DNA of 64,000 bases from Octopus vulgaris (lineage: Eukaryota). The DNA is taken from assembly GCA_951406725.2 (NCBI GenBank), contig OX597828.1:62744001-62808000 (forward strand). The letters run 5' to 3'. This document shows, one piece after another, positions 51,532-64,000 of the stretch. The position numbers were made by a program, and so were the translations under genes. The notes under the pieces are model-generated. The model worked only from the letters and a program-made list of their open reading frames with translations. It was not told the DNA's origin and searched no databases. Within the stretch, counting starts at the first letter, position 1. Every line of letters starts with the position of its first letter.

Positions 51532-53767
51532 TACATAATTACATATAGGGACCATCATTTTGTTTAATCGCTCTTTCGCATGATCTTACACATTAGCATA
51601 CTGATCTCATATAAAGTAACACACACACACATTCACTCATACAACATGTATAAACATATATACACTCATACTGATATAAGAATGTGTGTGTGTGTGTGTG
51701 TGTGTGTGGATAGCTTGATAAATTGATAGAAATAGACAGACAGAACATATTTTGTGTGTGTGTGTGTGCATGATTACATACAAATTTCTTCATATTGTAT
51801 ATATGTGTGTGTATGTACATATATACACTGACATACATACACATTGATATAGTGATCAAGCATATTTCATATATCATAGTGATAAATGCTCAATAAAATA
51901 AATATAAGGTTAATTTATATATTTTTATGCAATCATGGAAACCTGTCAATCCGTGTTGCTAACAGTTTTTAAAGATAATCAAAGTCATTGAGTACATACT
52001 GCCAAGCTCAAGTGACTCATTCTGTTTGTGTTGCTTGATTTATGTGGGCATAAAAGAAGCAGTCTTTACTTCTGTTTATGCTTTAAATTTGTGAAATGAT
52101 AGACTTTTCCTCTGACATTTTCTAAATCTTAAACCATAGAACATGGTTAAATGGTGATCATTTGGAATGATTCCTTGACAGTTGACCTATTTACTTGCAT
52201 TGAATATAATTTAAGGATTACTTAAAAAATTTTCTAGAGCTTTGTTACATAATTTTATTATATTTTGTCTACCAATATTCCTGAAAGAAGAGGTGTGATT
52301 GTAAAATCATCTTTTGAACAGTATTCCTGTCATGCTAATACAGTACCATCCTGAAGGATTATAGTGGTATGAGAGAAGACCTGTTCAAAAGAAAACTTTA
52401 ACAAAAACACTGGTAGAGGAAATGTAACAAAACTCATGAATATCTTTGAAAACTTTTATTAACATATAAATTTATGGGTTTCAATGATTGCATTGTCCAC
52501 ATGTGTGTATGTGTCTACATACATACACATATATACATACAGACATACATAAATACAAACATACACACATATGTATAAACATTTGTGGAAAACAGAAAAG
52601 AATTTACAAACTAAATAAAAAATAACACTAAAAAACTAAACTATCTCAAGAAATGAATATAAAAATTGAAATTTTAAAAAAACCCAAATATTTATTAAAA
52701 TTACTTTTTCAGAAAACTTTGAAACAAAACAAAAAAAATTATTACAGAAACACAAATAACAACAGCAAAAAAAAACAACAAAAAACTGTTCATTTGCTGT
52801 CTGAAATGTGTCCAAAGATAAGATTCTTTGGTCAAGAACAACCAAAATATTTATTTATTTACTGCTTTTTTGATGAACATATAATTCATCTGTCCACTTC
52901 CTGTTCCCCTTTGGGATACAACTGATTTTTTTACTCCTTCTTTTTCTGTTCATTCTATCATCATGACCATGTTGTCAATAGGTCCACCATGTCCTCATTA
53001 CCACTATGTCGACATGTCCACTTTGTCAAAATGGCTGTTGTCCATTCTGTCAGAACGTTCACTGTTCCAACATGTCCACTCTGCCAACATGACCAACCAG
53101 TCAATATCTCAGCTGTGACAATATGTCCAATTTGTCAACCTGACAGCTGCCACATGTCCATTCTGTCAACATTTCCAATGTGTTATCACAACCCCTATGT
53201 CCACATGTACATTCTTTCAAATCTTCTACTCTCCCACATGTCCACTGTTTTCACTGTCCACTTTATTACATGTCTGGCCACTGCATTGGGTGTCCACTAC
53301 ATCAGATATCCATTGTATTCCTTGTCCACCTTATCCACTGCTATTAATCCGATCAGTTGAGTGGAAGAAGAAAGCATTACTCCCTGTCCCCCCCCCCCCC
53401 AACACACACAAAAAAGACATGCAAAACAAAGATAAAATTTAAAAGAAAAGAAAAAATATCTAAATTGACTCCCAATTTTGCATGGAAAATTCTTTCAATT
53501 GCATTTCTATCCAACTAAAAAGAAAAGATTTAGCATATTATTATTATTATTATTATTATTATGAAGGCAGCGAGCTGGCAGAATCGGTAGTATGCTGGAT
53601 GAAATGCTTAGCGATATTTCGCCTGTCACTATGTTCTGAGTTCAAATTCTGCCGAGGTTGACTTTGCCTTTCATCCTTTCAGGGTTGATAAAATAAGTAC
53701 CAGTTGGGGGTCAATGTAATCGACTCATCCCCACCTCCCCCAAGCTGCTCTTGTAGCAGAATTTGAA

Positions 53768-53801
<34 letters not shown>

Positions 53802-55606
53802 TCTTATGTTTTGAGTTCAAATTCTGCTGAGGTCAAGTTTACCTTTCATCCTTTTGAGGTCAATGAAATATAAAAATACTTGTCAGTTACAGGGGTCTAT
53901 GTAATTGACTAACTCCTCCTCCTCCTGAAATTACTGGCCTTGTGCAGTTATTAGAAACCATTATTATTATTATTATTATTATTCATCTTGGAGCCTCCAA
54001 ATGATTTGTGAAACTGTGGACCTTCATCCAAAAATTTCCTTGCTAAGGACTTCACTTCTACCTGTGCCAACGTCCACCTTGGTATGACTTTGCCAAATTC
54101 CACTGTGTGAATCCACAGTATCATGAACAGAAACTGACCATGCCCTGTAATCGCAGATGTCTGATGAAGAGACCAGTCACAATTGTAAGACACACAAGGA
54201 TCCAGATATTGGTTGAAAATCTTGTTTGGTCTTACTAATTAATTCTTGTTTTCAACCATTCATTGTCCACCTTGCCTTTTTTGCCCACCTGAAAAGGCCG
54301 CCCGCATAACTGCATGGCAGATGAAACTATGGACAACAGTGGGTGAAACCAAAGCAAGAATTTTAAAAGGAATCATTTCCACGGTGACAACAAACTGAAC
54401 AAAGACTCTACCAGTTGGTAGGGTCAGTTGAGCATCAGATAGAATACCTTGTTATGGCTCTGTGTGTTATGAGTGCAGACCTCACTGAGGGCAGCCTTGC
54501 TTTTCATTTAATGCAAGGGTTAATGGAAAATAATTACCAATCGGAGGCAGACCTTTAAAAACATTGAGCTAGATGCCTTGTGGTATTTCTTCCAGCTCTT
54601 TGTGCTCAAATCCCTCCTTGGACTACCTGGGAGATTTGGCCTGGCTCTCTTACCATGACAACTGTTCCAGTTGATTCAATCAATGGAACAGCCTGCTTGT
54701 GAAATTAACGTGCAAGTGGATGAGTACTCCACAGAATCGTGTACCTTAAACGTAGTTCTCGGGGAGATTCAGCATGACACAGAGTGCAACAAGGCTGATC
54801 CATTGAATTACAGGTACACCTCATTTTTGCCAGCTGAGTGGACTGGAGCAACATGAAGTGAAGTGTCTTGCTCAAGGACACAATGCACCACCAGGTATTG
54901 AACTCAGAACTTCATGACCATGAACCAAACAGCCTAACCACCTAGCCACATGCCTTCACAGCTTTGAGGAGTAGACTTACTCCCTCACCCTTTTTAACAC
55001 CACTACCTGCCATCTTGGGTACCTTTAGTGGACCCCACTTTATTGTAGGCATTAAGGCCAGGTCTCTTGTTTGAAGATTCTTCTCTTCCTCCTGCCCACC
55101 AGTCTTGGAGGCCCTGTAAAGGGTGACCCACACACTGCCTTGCCTTCTGACTAAAAGATTTAAAAAGACAAAAAACTTTGGTGTTTGGCACAAAATGCAA
55201 AGCTTTAGCACCAAGAATTTGGCAAAGACATGAAAGCCTCTCCTCTCCCTGCTGCCAGTTTTATCCCAGAGAAGGGCCACTGCTTATACACTTTGACACC
55301 AAACAGCCAAAACAGATCCTGCAAATATTCCATCTCCTAATCACTGTGGTATTCATTAACCTTGACTGGATGAAAAGTGAAATAGACTTCGGCAAGATTT
55401 GAACTCAGAGCTCATATAATAAGAAAAAATACCACAAGGTATTTCTCTGATGCCTTACCATTTCTGCTAATTAACGTTGTCTGGTTATAGATTCCCATAT
55501 TTTTACTTCAAATTCTGCTCAGGTCTATTTTACCATTTATCTTTCTGGGATGAATGAAATAAAGTCCCCCCCCCCCAAGTATTCTGATTTTGTGTTTATA
55601 TTAGAA

Positions 55607-55646
<40 letters not shown>

Positions 55647-57099
55647 TATTGAAGATATCGCTCAGGGTCCAATATTGTGATGTTGGAGATTGAACATATT
55701 GTGTGTACCAGGGATTTGTACTGTGTGCCAAGTCCCAACAGGGACCTCAGACACGCACTACTTTATTGTAGGATATTTCTAAAGTATCCAAATGATGTCT
55801 GAACTTTGGTTTCCTTAAGAAAGCTTCTATTCCAGATCATTCTTATTTTCAGTGAGGTTGACTTATCTTTTCATCCTTTTGGGGTTGATGAAATAAGTAC
55901 CACTGGGATCAATGAAATCAATGAACCCTCTTCTCACAGATTTCAGGCCTTGTGCCTATAGTAGAGATGGTTATTATTATCATCATCATCATCATTATTA
56001 TTATTAAGGCAGTGAGATGACTTAATTGTACCTGGAATTTTAAGGTTAAAAGCAGAGTTTGTTTTTGGACCAAACTATAAAAAAGACATTGTGAGCAACA
56101 GATGTCGTCAACCATTCATATAAAAAATATACTGATGCTTTTGCAGAGAAGCTCCATACTTCGTTGGGTTTGTGAGAAACTGATGGCGTAACTTTGGAAG
56201 AGTTCATAGGTTTTATCCCATGTTTTAAATCTGTCATTATTGCAAAGATTCATCAGGCTGGCTGGTCTACCTGATTTCCTTGCCATAGAAGTGATTGAGG
56301 TTACAAAACTCCCCTGGATGGACTGTCAGTCAATCATGGGGTTATCTTCCTTGCTGTTGCTGGAATTCATTTATAGCTGAGTGGAACATTGTGAAATGAA
56401 GTGTCTTGCTCAAGAACACACTGCTCAGTTCAGGAACTGAAACCTTGACCATATGATTATGAACACAACACTCTAACCACTGGACCACACATCTTCACAT
56501 TCTGTCACTCTTGCTTGTTTGAGTCTTCACTCTTTGCTCTCCACTCCCAATCCACTTAATTATAAATAGGTACCATGAAGAGGTGCAGTATACAATTGTA
56601 TTCATTACTGGGCTCTGTGTGTTATGAGTGATTAAGTGTTTCATCAGCTTCTGGTGTTGCTAATTTTGAAATCCTTGTGTTAGGTAAAGTATGATGAAAA
56701 TGACTTTCTTCCTCTCCCAGTGGAGTGATATCTCCTTCAACCATTTCACACCACCTGGTAGATCTCCAGCGTATCAAATAAGCCACAGATATTTTAGAAA
56801 AATGCATTTTGGTGATGTGAAGGAAAAAGAACCTGCAGTAGACTAGCTTCCTTTCCAGTGGCGATGATGTCACAATCTATCAATCCTTGAAAATTATTAG
56901 AAATCCCAAGTAAGAAAAAACAATTTATTTCTCTATATTTCTATGACAAGTTATTACTAGAATAGTTGAGAATTATTAACTTATTCACCTCATATTGTGT
57001 GTTTATATTTTTCTACATTGGATTCCATTTAATTCATAAATTGTTTCATTGTTTTTAGGTGGAAAACTATATTCCTCCACATATAAATACACATATATA

Positions 57100-57269
57100 C
57101 AGGGTGTGGTTGAAAGACCTCCCACATTTGCTACATGTAGACTCCATTTCTACCTATCTGACTTTCTTAGTACCATATCAACTGCTGCATAAAAGTGTGG
57201 GTGAAGTCAAGGCAGCTGGAAACAGAGTCTTCATGTAGCAAATGAGGGAGTTTCTTTTTCCACACCCTG
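57100..57269. mobile_element. Tc1/mariner-type MITE
   Basis: Ends CAGGGTGTGG...CCACACCCTG, with long imperfect inverted arms and TA on both flanks. Confidence 0.8.
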
Positions 57270-57419
57270 TATTAAATAATATATGTACACACACACACAT
57301 TTACATCTATATATAAATGTATGTATAATATATGTATATAATGATCTTTTGCTTTTTACATTTGCTATTTTTTTGGTCTGTTTTAGCACAGCATCTCACC
57401 ATTCATTGCAGTTCTTCAT

Positions 57420-60150
57420 CCGCTTTGTGAGGCTCACCATCCAAAGATCAAGTATCACTTCTCACCATGTTTTTTATGTTCTTCTTCACTAGACTCCTTT
57501 CACTTGCCTGGATTGACATTTTTTTCACTCACCGAACTATTGTTCATTTTACACATCATGTCTCCATTAATGGCACACTCTTCTCTCTTGTACTTTCTTC
57601 TCTTTCATACACAAAAGCTAATGCCTCCATTTCCCAGTTTTTCTCTCACCACACTTCTGCTTTGTCATTCAGACATGCAAACATTTACACATCCAACAGT
57701 GCAAGCTCACCTCATCTCTTTCCATCGTTCGCAACATTCCCCACATCCAATGCATGTACATAAACATCATACAATATGCCCTTCACTTAGAGAATCCCTT
57801 TGTTGACAGCAGAGGTAATAGCTCCCTAAACCTTTTCTACTGATCTTTACTCTGGCTTTTCCAACATTCATCTCCTTTACTAATTTTGTTGCCTGGTTAA
57901 CAGAAGCTTTCAACTGCCTCTTACTAGACTTCTAAGCATTTGAAAAATCTCCCTTTCTTAGGTTCCATTACTGCTAATTATTGCTGTGTATTTATTGTTC
58001 CTTACAAAAATCCTTTTCTGTCAACCTTCCTCAGACCTCACTTCAGTTTTTGTGTAGTATTGCTAGTGTGTAGTAATTGCTATTACATTATAGAGTTCCT
58101 GCTTGCTTCCTTTTTGCATATTGAGTATGACCAGTTCCTAGTTGATACTAGTGTTCTGTTTTCTTTTCTGCTAATGAAGAATATCATCTTTGGTTAATTG
58201 CTCTTCTTTGGCTCTCCTGATTCTTGATGTTGCTTCCATGTTTTTAATATTTCTTCTAATACTTTGACCGATTTGGTTATGAGAACCGGAACATTGACTA
58301 CAGACAGTCTTGAAACCCTCTTTTATTGACTGGAGGGAACTGCAATAAATAGGAAGGGACTGAGGACTAAGCCCCAATGGACACCAATCTGCACACCTTA
58401 ACGAACGTATGTCCCATTCTTACTTTCTTGGTAACACACCTGTACATGGCATGCATTGCTTTTGCAAACTATTCGACGACACTCAGACAAGGAAGTATGC
58501 TATTCTACCAGAAGCTCTCTCCAACTCCCTGATGCTTGCTGGTTTGTATTTTGACTAAGAACTTCAGTATTCTTAAAGGAGAATGGCAATTCCTCATCAT
58601 AACAGAAATCCAAACCTACATCTGGTTTAGCTCTACCATAACTCTCTCTCTCTCTCTCTCTCTCTCCTACTTTCTTCATCAATTTCTTGTTTCTTGGCTG
58701 CTTCTTTTAAAGCATCTCCCTGGCCCTTGCAGCTGTTCACAATGATGCCGCTACTCCAGCCAAAGCCAATCCATTACTGCACCTGTCTCCACACCCCTTC
58801 ATTAACTGTGCAAGTAATCTGAATATCTCTTTTGCCTTTTACTTTTTTCAGTCATTGAACCATGGCCATGCTGGTGTACCACCTGGAAGTGTTTTAGTCA
58901 AACAAATCCCCCCACTGCCTGTACTTGTGTTTTTTTTAAGCCTGGTACTTATTCTATTGGTCTGTTTTGTTGAACTGCTAAGTTACAGGGTTGTAAACAA
59001 ACCAACACCAGTTGTGAAGGGGCTGGAGGGGGACAACATTGACACAAAGACACACAAACATTATATATATATATATATATATATGATAGGCTTCTATTCA
59101 GTTGCCATTTACCAGATTCACTCAAAAGGCACTGGTAAGCCTGGGGCTATTATAGAAGACACTTGCCTAAGGTACCATGTGGTGGGACTGAACTCAAAAC
59201 TGTGCTGTTGCAAAGTAAGCTACTTAACCTATTTGACTGGTTATTTTAAGTATTTCATCCACTTTTCCTGATAGACCTGCTGAATTTTTGCCTTCATATC
59301 GTTAATGGCTTGACCCTTTCTAACATGTAGCAATCAACCTCAACAAATGATCCTTCTGTTGCAAACCCTTCATTTTCTCACACATTCTTCTTCGTCAGTA
59401 ATTGCTCCAAGCATCATTTCTGTAGTTTCTCTTTCATCTCAAAATAAGTGTGAATCATTGATGGCAGCTTTATCTCGTATCCGAGTATTTATTTTCTTCT
59501 TTGCTGAATGCTTCTTTAATGATGATGCCATTGCTGACTCTGTAGACCAGTGGTTCCCAAACTTTTTCAGGCTGCCGCCCCCTTGGCACCCAGCCCACCT
59601 TCCTACCACCCCACCCCAACAAACAGAGACCCCTTTCTGAAGTAAATTCAAAGCAACTGTATTTCACAAATAAAACTTAACCTAATGAACCTTATCGCTC
59701 CACTTTTCTTCAATTTCCCCTTGAAACTCCCCCCCCCCCCCATGGGAGCAATACCGCCCACTTTGGTAACCCCTGCTGTAGACTAATTCTTGCATAGAAG
59801 AGTTGATGGCATTTTATTGCATGGTAATTTTGGTGGAGGATGAGGTTGATTTTGTTTTGGATTTCTTCCTTTTCTCTTCTGGTGGCCTCAAAGATTTTGG
59901 TTCCAATGGTGGTGGAACGCTGCCACTTGGTATGGTCTCAGGCTTGTGTTTTGAATAATTTGGGCTCCAATTCCTGTGGCTTTTAGTATTGCTTTTACTG
60001 AATACACCATTATTATTCCAGTAGCATTTTTTACCAACAACATCCTGATTTACATCAACATATTAATTTCCATTTCTGATTCCTGCAGGAATATTCTAAC
60101 ATTGAGGCAAACCTCTTACTTTTCACTTAGCTGCACCATTATTTCATGAA
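57420..60150 (-). mobile_element. Old RTE LINE relic with nested SINE, hAT MITE and a foreign insert
   Basis: Colinear remnants of NQDVVG.KC, SGIIVNSCKGQGDA, the VGVHQGSVLSP-like segment and FRELLPLL..KG. Confidence 0.7.
59548..59775. mobile_element. hAT-family MITE
   Basis: TIRs CAGTGGTTCCCAAA and TTTGGTAACCCCTG; perfect 8-bp TSD CTGTAGAC at 59540-59547 and 59776-59783. Confidence 0.92.
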
Positions 60151-60824
60151 GATACAAGACAGCGAGCTGGCAGAACCATTAGCACACCAGGCAAAAAGCT
60201 TAGCAGTAGTTTGTCCATCTTTACATTCTGAGTTCATATCCTGCCAAGGTCAACATTGCTTTCCATCCTTTTGGAGTCCATAACATAAATACCAGTTGAG
60301 CACTAGAGTCGATATAATCGACTAACTCCCCCGCTCCTAAACTTTTAAACCTTATGCATGTAGATATATCCGATGCTATCCAATCTTTGAGTTACCCGAT
60401 ATCTTTCTTTGCTCTCCACTACATCTGTTCTATGCTTGATAGTTTTTATGGGCTTATCTCCCATAACTATTTCCCCACCTTGCTAATCCTGGGAGCTTGG
60501 TCTCTGGTTTGCAGTAAGTTGTCTTGTAGGAATGCACAGTTGTTCTTGACAGTTTTGTTTCTTCTTCTTCTCCACCTCTCTCTCCTCATAGTCATCAACT
60601 AATACTTCTAGAGAGTCACATCTGGAACAGGGATCTTTTACTTACCACCCACCAATTCTTCTCTTGTTTGGTTTATTGATAAGTTTGTCTAGGTCTTATC
60701 CTGAGGTCCCCAAATTCCTGTGCATGCATACATACAAATATATATATATACACATACACACATATATACGTGTAATATACATATATATATATACACACAT
60801 ATGTGTATGTATATATCTATCAAA

Positions 60825-60873
<49 letters not shown>

Positions 60874-60899
60874 TATATGTGTACATATATGAGTTGATA

Positions 60900-61261
60900 G
60901 GCACAGGAGTGGCTGTGTGGTAAGTAGCTTGCTAACCAACCACATGGTTCCGGGTTCAGTCCCACTGCGTGACATCTTGGGCAAGTGTCTTCTGCTATAG
61001 CCCCGGGCCGACCAATGCCTTGTGAGTGGATTTGGTAGACGGAAACTGAAAGAAGCCTGTCATATATATGTACATATGTGTTTGTGTGTCTGTGTTTGTC
61101 CCCCTAGCATTGCTTGACAACCGATGCTGGTGTGTTTACGTCCCCGTCACTTAGCGGTTCGGCAAAAGAGACGGATAGAATAAGTACTGGGCTTACAAAA
61201 GAATAAGTCCCGGGGTCGAGTTGTTCGATTAAAGGTGGTGCTCCAGCATGGCCGCAGTCAT
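60900..61261 (+). mobile_element. tRNA-derived CORE-type SINE; copies at e.g. 11968-12122, 21240-21600, 9870-10225 (-) and 58840-59230 (-)
   Basis: Head tggctgtgtggtaag..ggttcagtccc followed by CORE-like cttgggcaagtgtc and an internal (TA/TG)n. Confidence 0.85.
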
Positions 61262-62872
61262 AAAGAGTATATATATATATCAATATGTTTGTATACATAT
61301 AAATATATATACAAATGCTTACATATGTATATACATATATACACATATTTATACACACTCACAAACACATTGCTGAATGATGCTAAAATTGTTCCAAATG
61401 TACTTTATTGAATCATGAACTTGGAGGTCATCGTAGTAGTAGTAGTAGTACTAACACCACTACTACTACTACTACTGCTGCTGCAGTATTTGTCTTTGTG
61501 CCATATTCAAGAAAATAATGTCCAATGTCTGCTAATTATTTTTTTCTTTTTACCTTTTTATTTGTTCCAAATTGAAATATCTTTTTCCTTTTTTTTTTCT
61601 GTCAGAATATAAATAAGGAGGACATTGCATAGCAGAGCATCGGTCTCAACTAAAACCAAACCAAACCTGAAATTACTCCCCCATCCCCACCATGTTAAAA
61701 AATAATGATGTCACTAAAAATGTGAGAATTGAGGGAAAAATCTGCATTTCTGTGATAAAGCGCAATGTCTGACCTCCTTTGTAATATTTCTTGTCTATAA
61801 AGTTGTTTCTGTCATTTAAAAATGTTTCTTTTCAATTTATTCATTGACTGGTTTCAGTTGTCCTACGATACGGCCCCAAAGGGTTTACATTAATCATATT
61901 GATCTTCGTTATTTTAGTCCAGAACTTTATTTTAATATGCCAGACCGTTTTCGCCATTCAAAGACACAGAAAAGAATTCTTCAATTCACTTTTCCTTTAT
62001 TTCTTGAGGTATCAAAATTTCTGTTAACCAATTGTGAGAGTCATTGGCAGAGTCCCACTGTAACAGTTTGGAAATTAATCTCTTTATTATCATATTTCTG
62101 TTGAAACACACTTTTGTTTCAATTAAATTTTGAAAATAATGAAAACTTTAGTAGAATAACTTTATCACTAATTAAGCTGGTGTTTGCAACATAGATTTAC
62201 TTGAAATATTGAGCTGACCTCTGGGTCTATGATACAAACTTCTTGTTTTGAAGGGAATTAAAACATTCCATTTAAATCTCATGTTATGTTTCAAACACCA
62301 GCTTAATAATTTCAGTTATTTTACAAAATTCCTCTTTACTTTCAAAGTTAATTGAAACAATTGTAAAATATTTCAGCAGGAATATTGTAACAAAAAGGTC
62401 AAGACATATTTTTAAAAATCTTAATAGGTTTAGAAGAATCTGAATAAAACAAGTGATTGTGTTATTTGATAATCAGAAAATATGACAGATGATGATCTAT
62501 TGATCTTTGGCTTGTCTCAATCATTGGACTGTAGCCATGCTGGGGTACTGTCTTGAAGGGAGTAGTTGAACACCTTAAGTCTATTAATGGTATTAATTCT
62601 ATCAATCTCTTTTGTTGAATCCATTAAGCCTTAAGGATGTAAACAGACCAACACCGGTTGTCAAGCAAAGTTTGGGAACGAACACGAAGGCACAGACAAT
62701 TGGCTCCTCTCACTTTCCCTTATCAAATTAATTCACAAAATGTTGGTCTGCTTGGGGTCATAGGAGAAAATACTTGCCCAAGTGGCTACACAGTGGAGCT
62801 GAACCTGAAAGCATTTGGTTTGAAGCAAACTTCTTAATCCCACAGCCATACCGGCATCTAAGTGCCTCTCAC

Positions 62873-62915
62873 CTCCCTGACAGGGATTTGAACCCCAGTC
62901 TCCCATGTGACTAGC
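62873..62915 (-). pseudogene. tRNA-Asp(GTC)-derived 3'-half fragment
   Basis: gctagtcacatgggagactggggttcaaatccctgtcagggag versus metazoan tRNA-Asp gcctgtcacgcgggagaccggggttcgattccccgacggggag; the 5' half is missing. Confidence 0.6.
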
Positions 62916-63390
62916 AAAGAAATAAAAATCTGAAAAAAAATTATTTTTTAAAATCAGGATTACAACAGAAGATAATCCATTGTGTTACCCGTGGAAAGAA
63001 AATATGAATGATGATGATGATGATGATGCTTGAAAATCCAAAATTCAACATGGGGCTACATTTCATGCAGCAGCGCCAGGAGTCATGTTGTGTAAAAATA
63101 TAAAGTACCATGGAAAAATAGGTTCTGGGATGTTAAGGTCTTTTGTAAAAGCAGCATTTGATGAAAGGAAGTTGCAGAAAGTCAAGTACCAGCGATTTGG
63201 AATGTTAATAGTAAGATGGAACAAGATAAGCAAGCATGGCTCTTTGAATGCTGATGGAGTGATGGGGTGACTCAACCCATTTTGGAGGCTGTAAGACTTT
63301 GGCACTAGATCCAAACATACGCATACATGCAGAAATATATAATTTCCCTTTGTATAACGGTCATTTTTCATAGCATTTTTCCGATGGCCG

Positions 63391-63451
63391 GATAACTGAA
63401 GAGATGGCAGTGTGGATTTCCACCTCGGCATCCGAAACTCGGAGCTTTACC
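63391..63451 (+). ncRNA. Degenerate hammerhead ribozyme motif in a Penelope-like terminal fragment
   Basis: gataa-CTGAAGA-gatg..gtgga-tt-tccac..catcc-GAAAC-tcggag-ct-ttacc; the cleavage-site U appears mutated. Confidence 0.45.
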
Positions 63452-63552
63452 ACAGCTACTGAATAATTGTCACATATTACATTTACAGATAAATTCCTCT
63501 ATTTACATAATATCAAGGTCTCTTTCTTTCTTTTGTTATCTTACCATTTTTA

Positions 63553-63593
<41 letters not shown>

Positions 63594-64000
63594 GAAAAGA
63601 ACATTACAATGTATTAATTAAACATGATTGATACTTTCTCTCTCCTCATATGCATGAGCAGAGAGAGAGACCTGAAAACATCTGATTTCAAATAAGTCAG
63701 CATTGAATCAGTCGTGCCAAAATGTCTCAAATGCTTAAAAGAAAATCAGCAACAAAAAATATATATATGTATTGATCAACAGTGAGTTTTTATTGAGATA
63801 TAATACCATGATTGGGTTTTTTGTTTTTACATTTTCTCCCAGTTTTTATTTATTTTATTTTATTTTATTTTTTGTAATTGTAAAGTTTCATGATTTTAAA
63901 AGGAAAAAAAAAAAAACATCAACAATCAAACTGATATTTGATACATAAAAAAAAATTTAAATATCAGATGTGAATAAGATTTGTTAATTTAAAACAACAA

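Noticed and set aside
54155-54195. Hammerhead at ctgatgaagagacc (similarly cagatgaaggac at ~41632)
   Set aside because: The GAAA box or the CUGA core and stems are not preserved, so it cannot be supported.

Overview
Eukaryotic, AT-rich, microsatellite- and retroelement-dense animal DNA; the repeat families suggest an octopus or other coleoid cephalopod (inference). It holds two spliced + strand genes. The first is the last six coding exons of tafazzin (TAZ, 294-8789; its 5' part lies outside the window). The second is a complete BTB-BACK-Kelch gene matching KLHL12 (10 coding exons, 25749-51285, 576 aa), with a probable CpG-rich promoter and non-coding first exon near 17.6-19 kb. Almost all other listed ORFs are repeat or microsatellite artefacts. 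Notable non-genic content: (1) a young RTE LINE with a PHD finger inside its RT and a 20-unit hairpin-rich higher-order array in its 3' UTR; (2) a 3'-truncated, intronless LSM8 copy inside an old RTE, and a second RTE relic with a foreign insert; (3) an RTE-like C-terminus with three tandem C2H2 fingers; (4) a Penelope-like system made of a GIY-YIG remnant with ~1 kb inverted arms, several minimal hammerhead-ribozyme motifs, many palindromes, and a head-to-head pair of short elements joining a tRNA-like head to a hammerhead tail.
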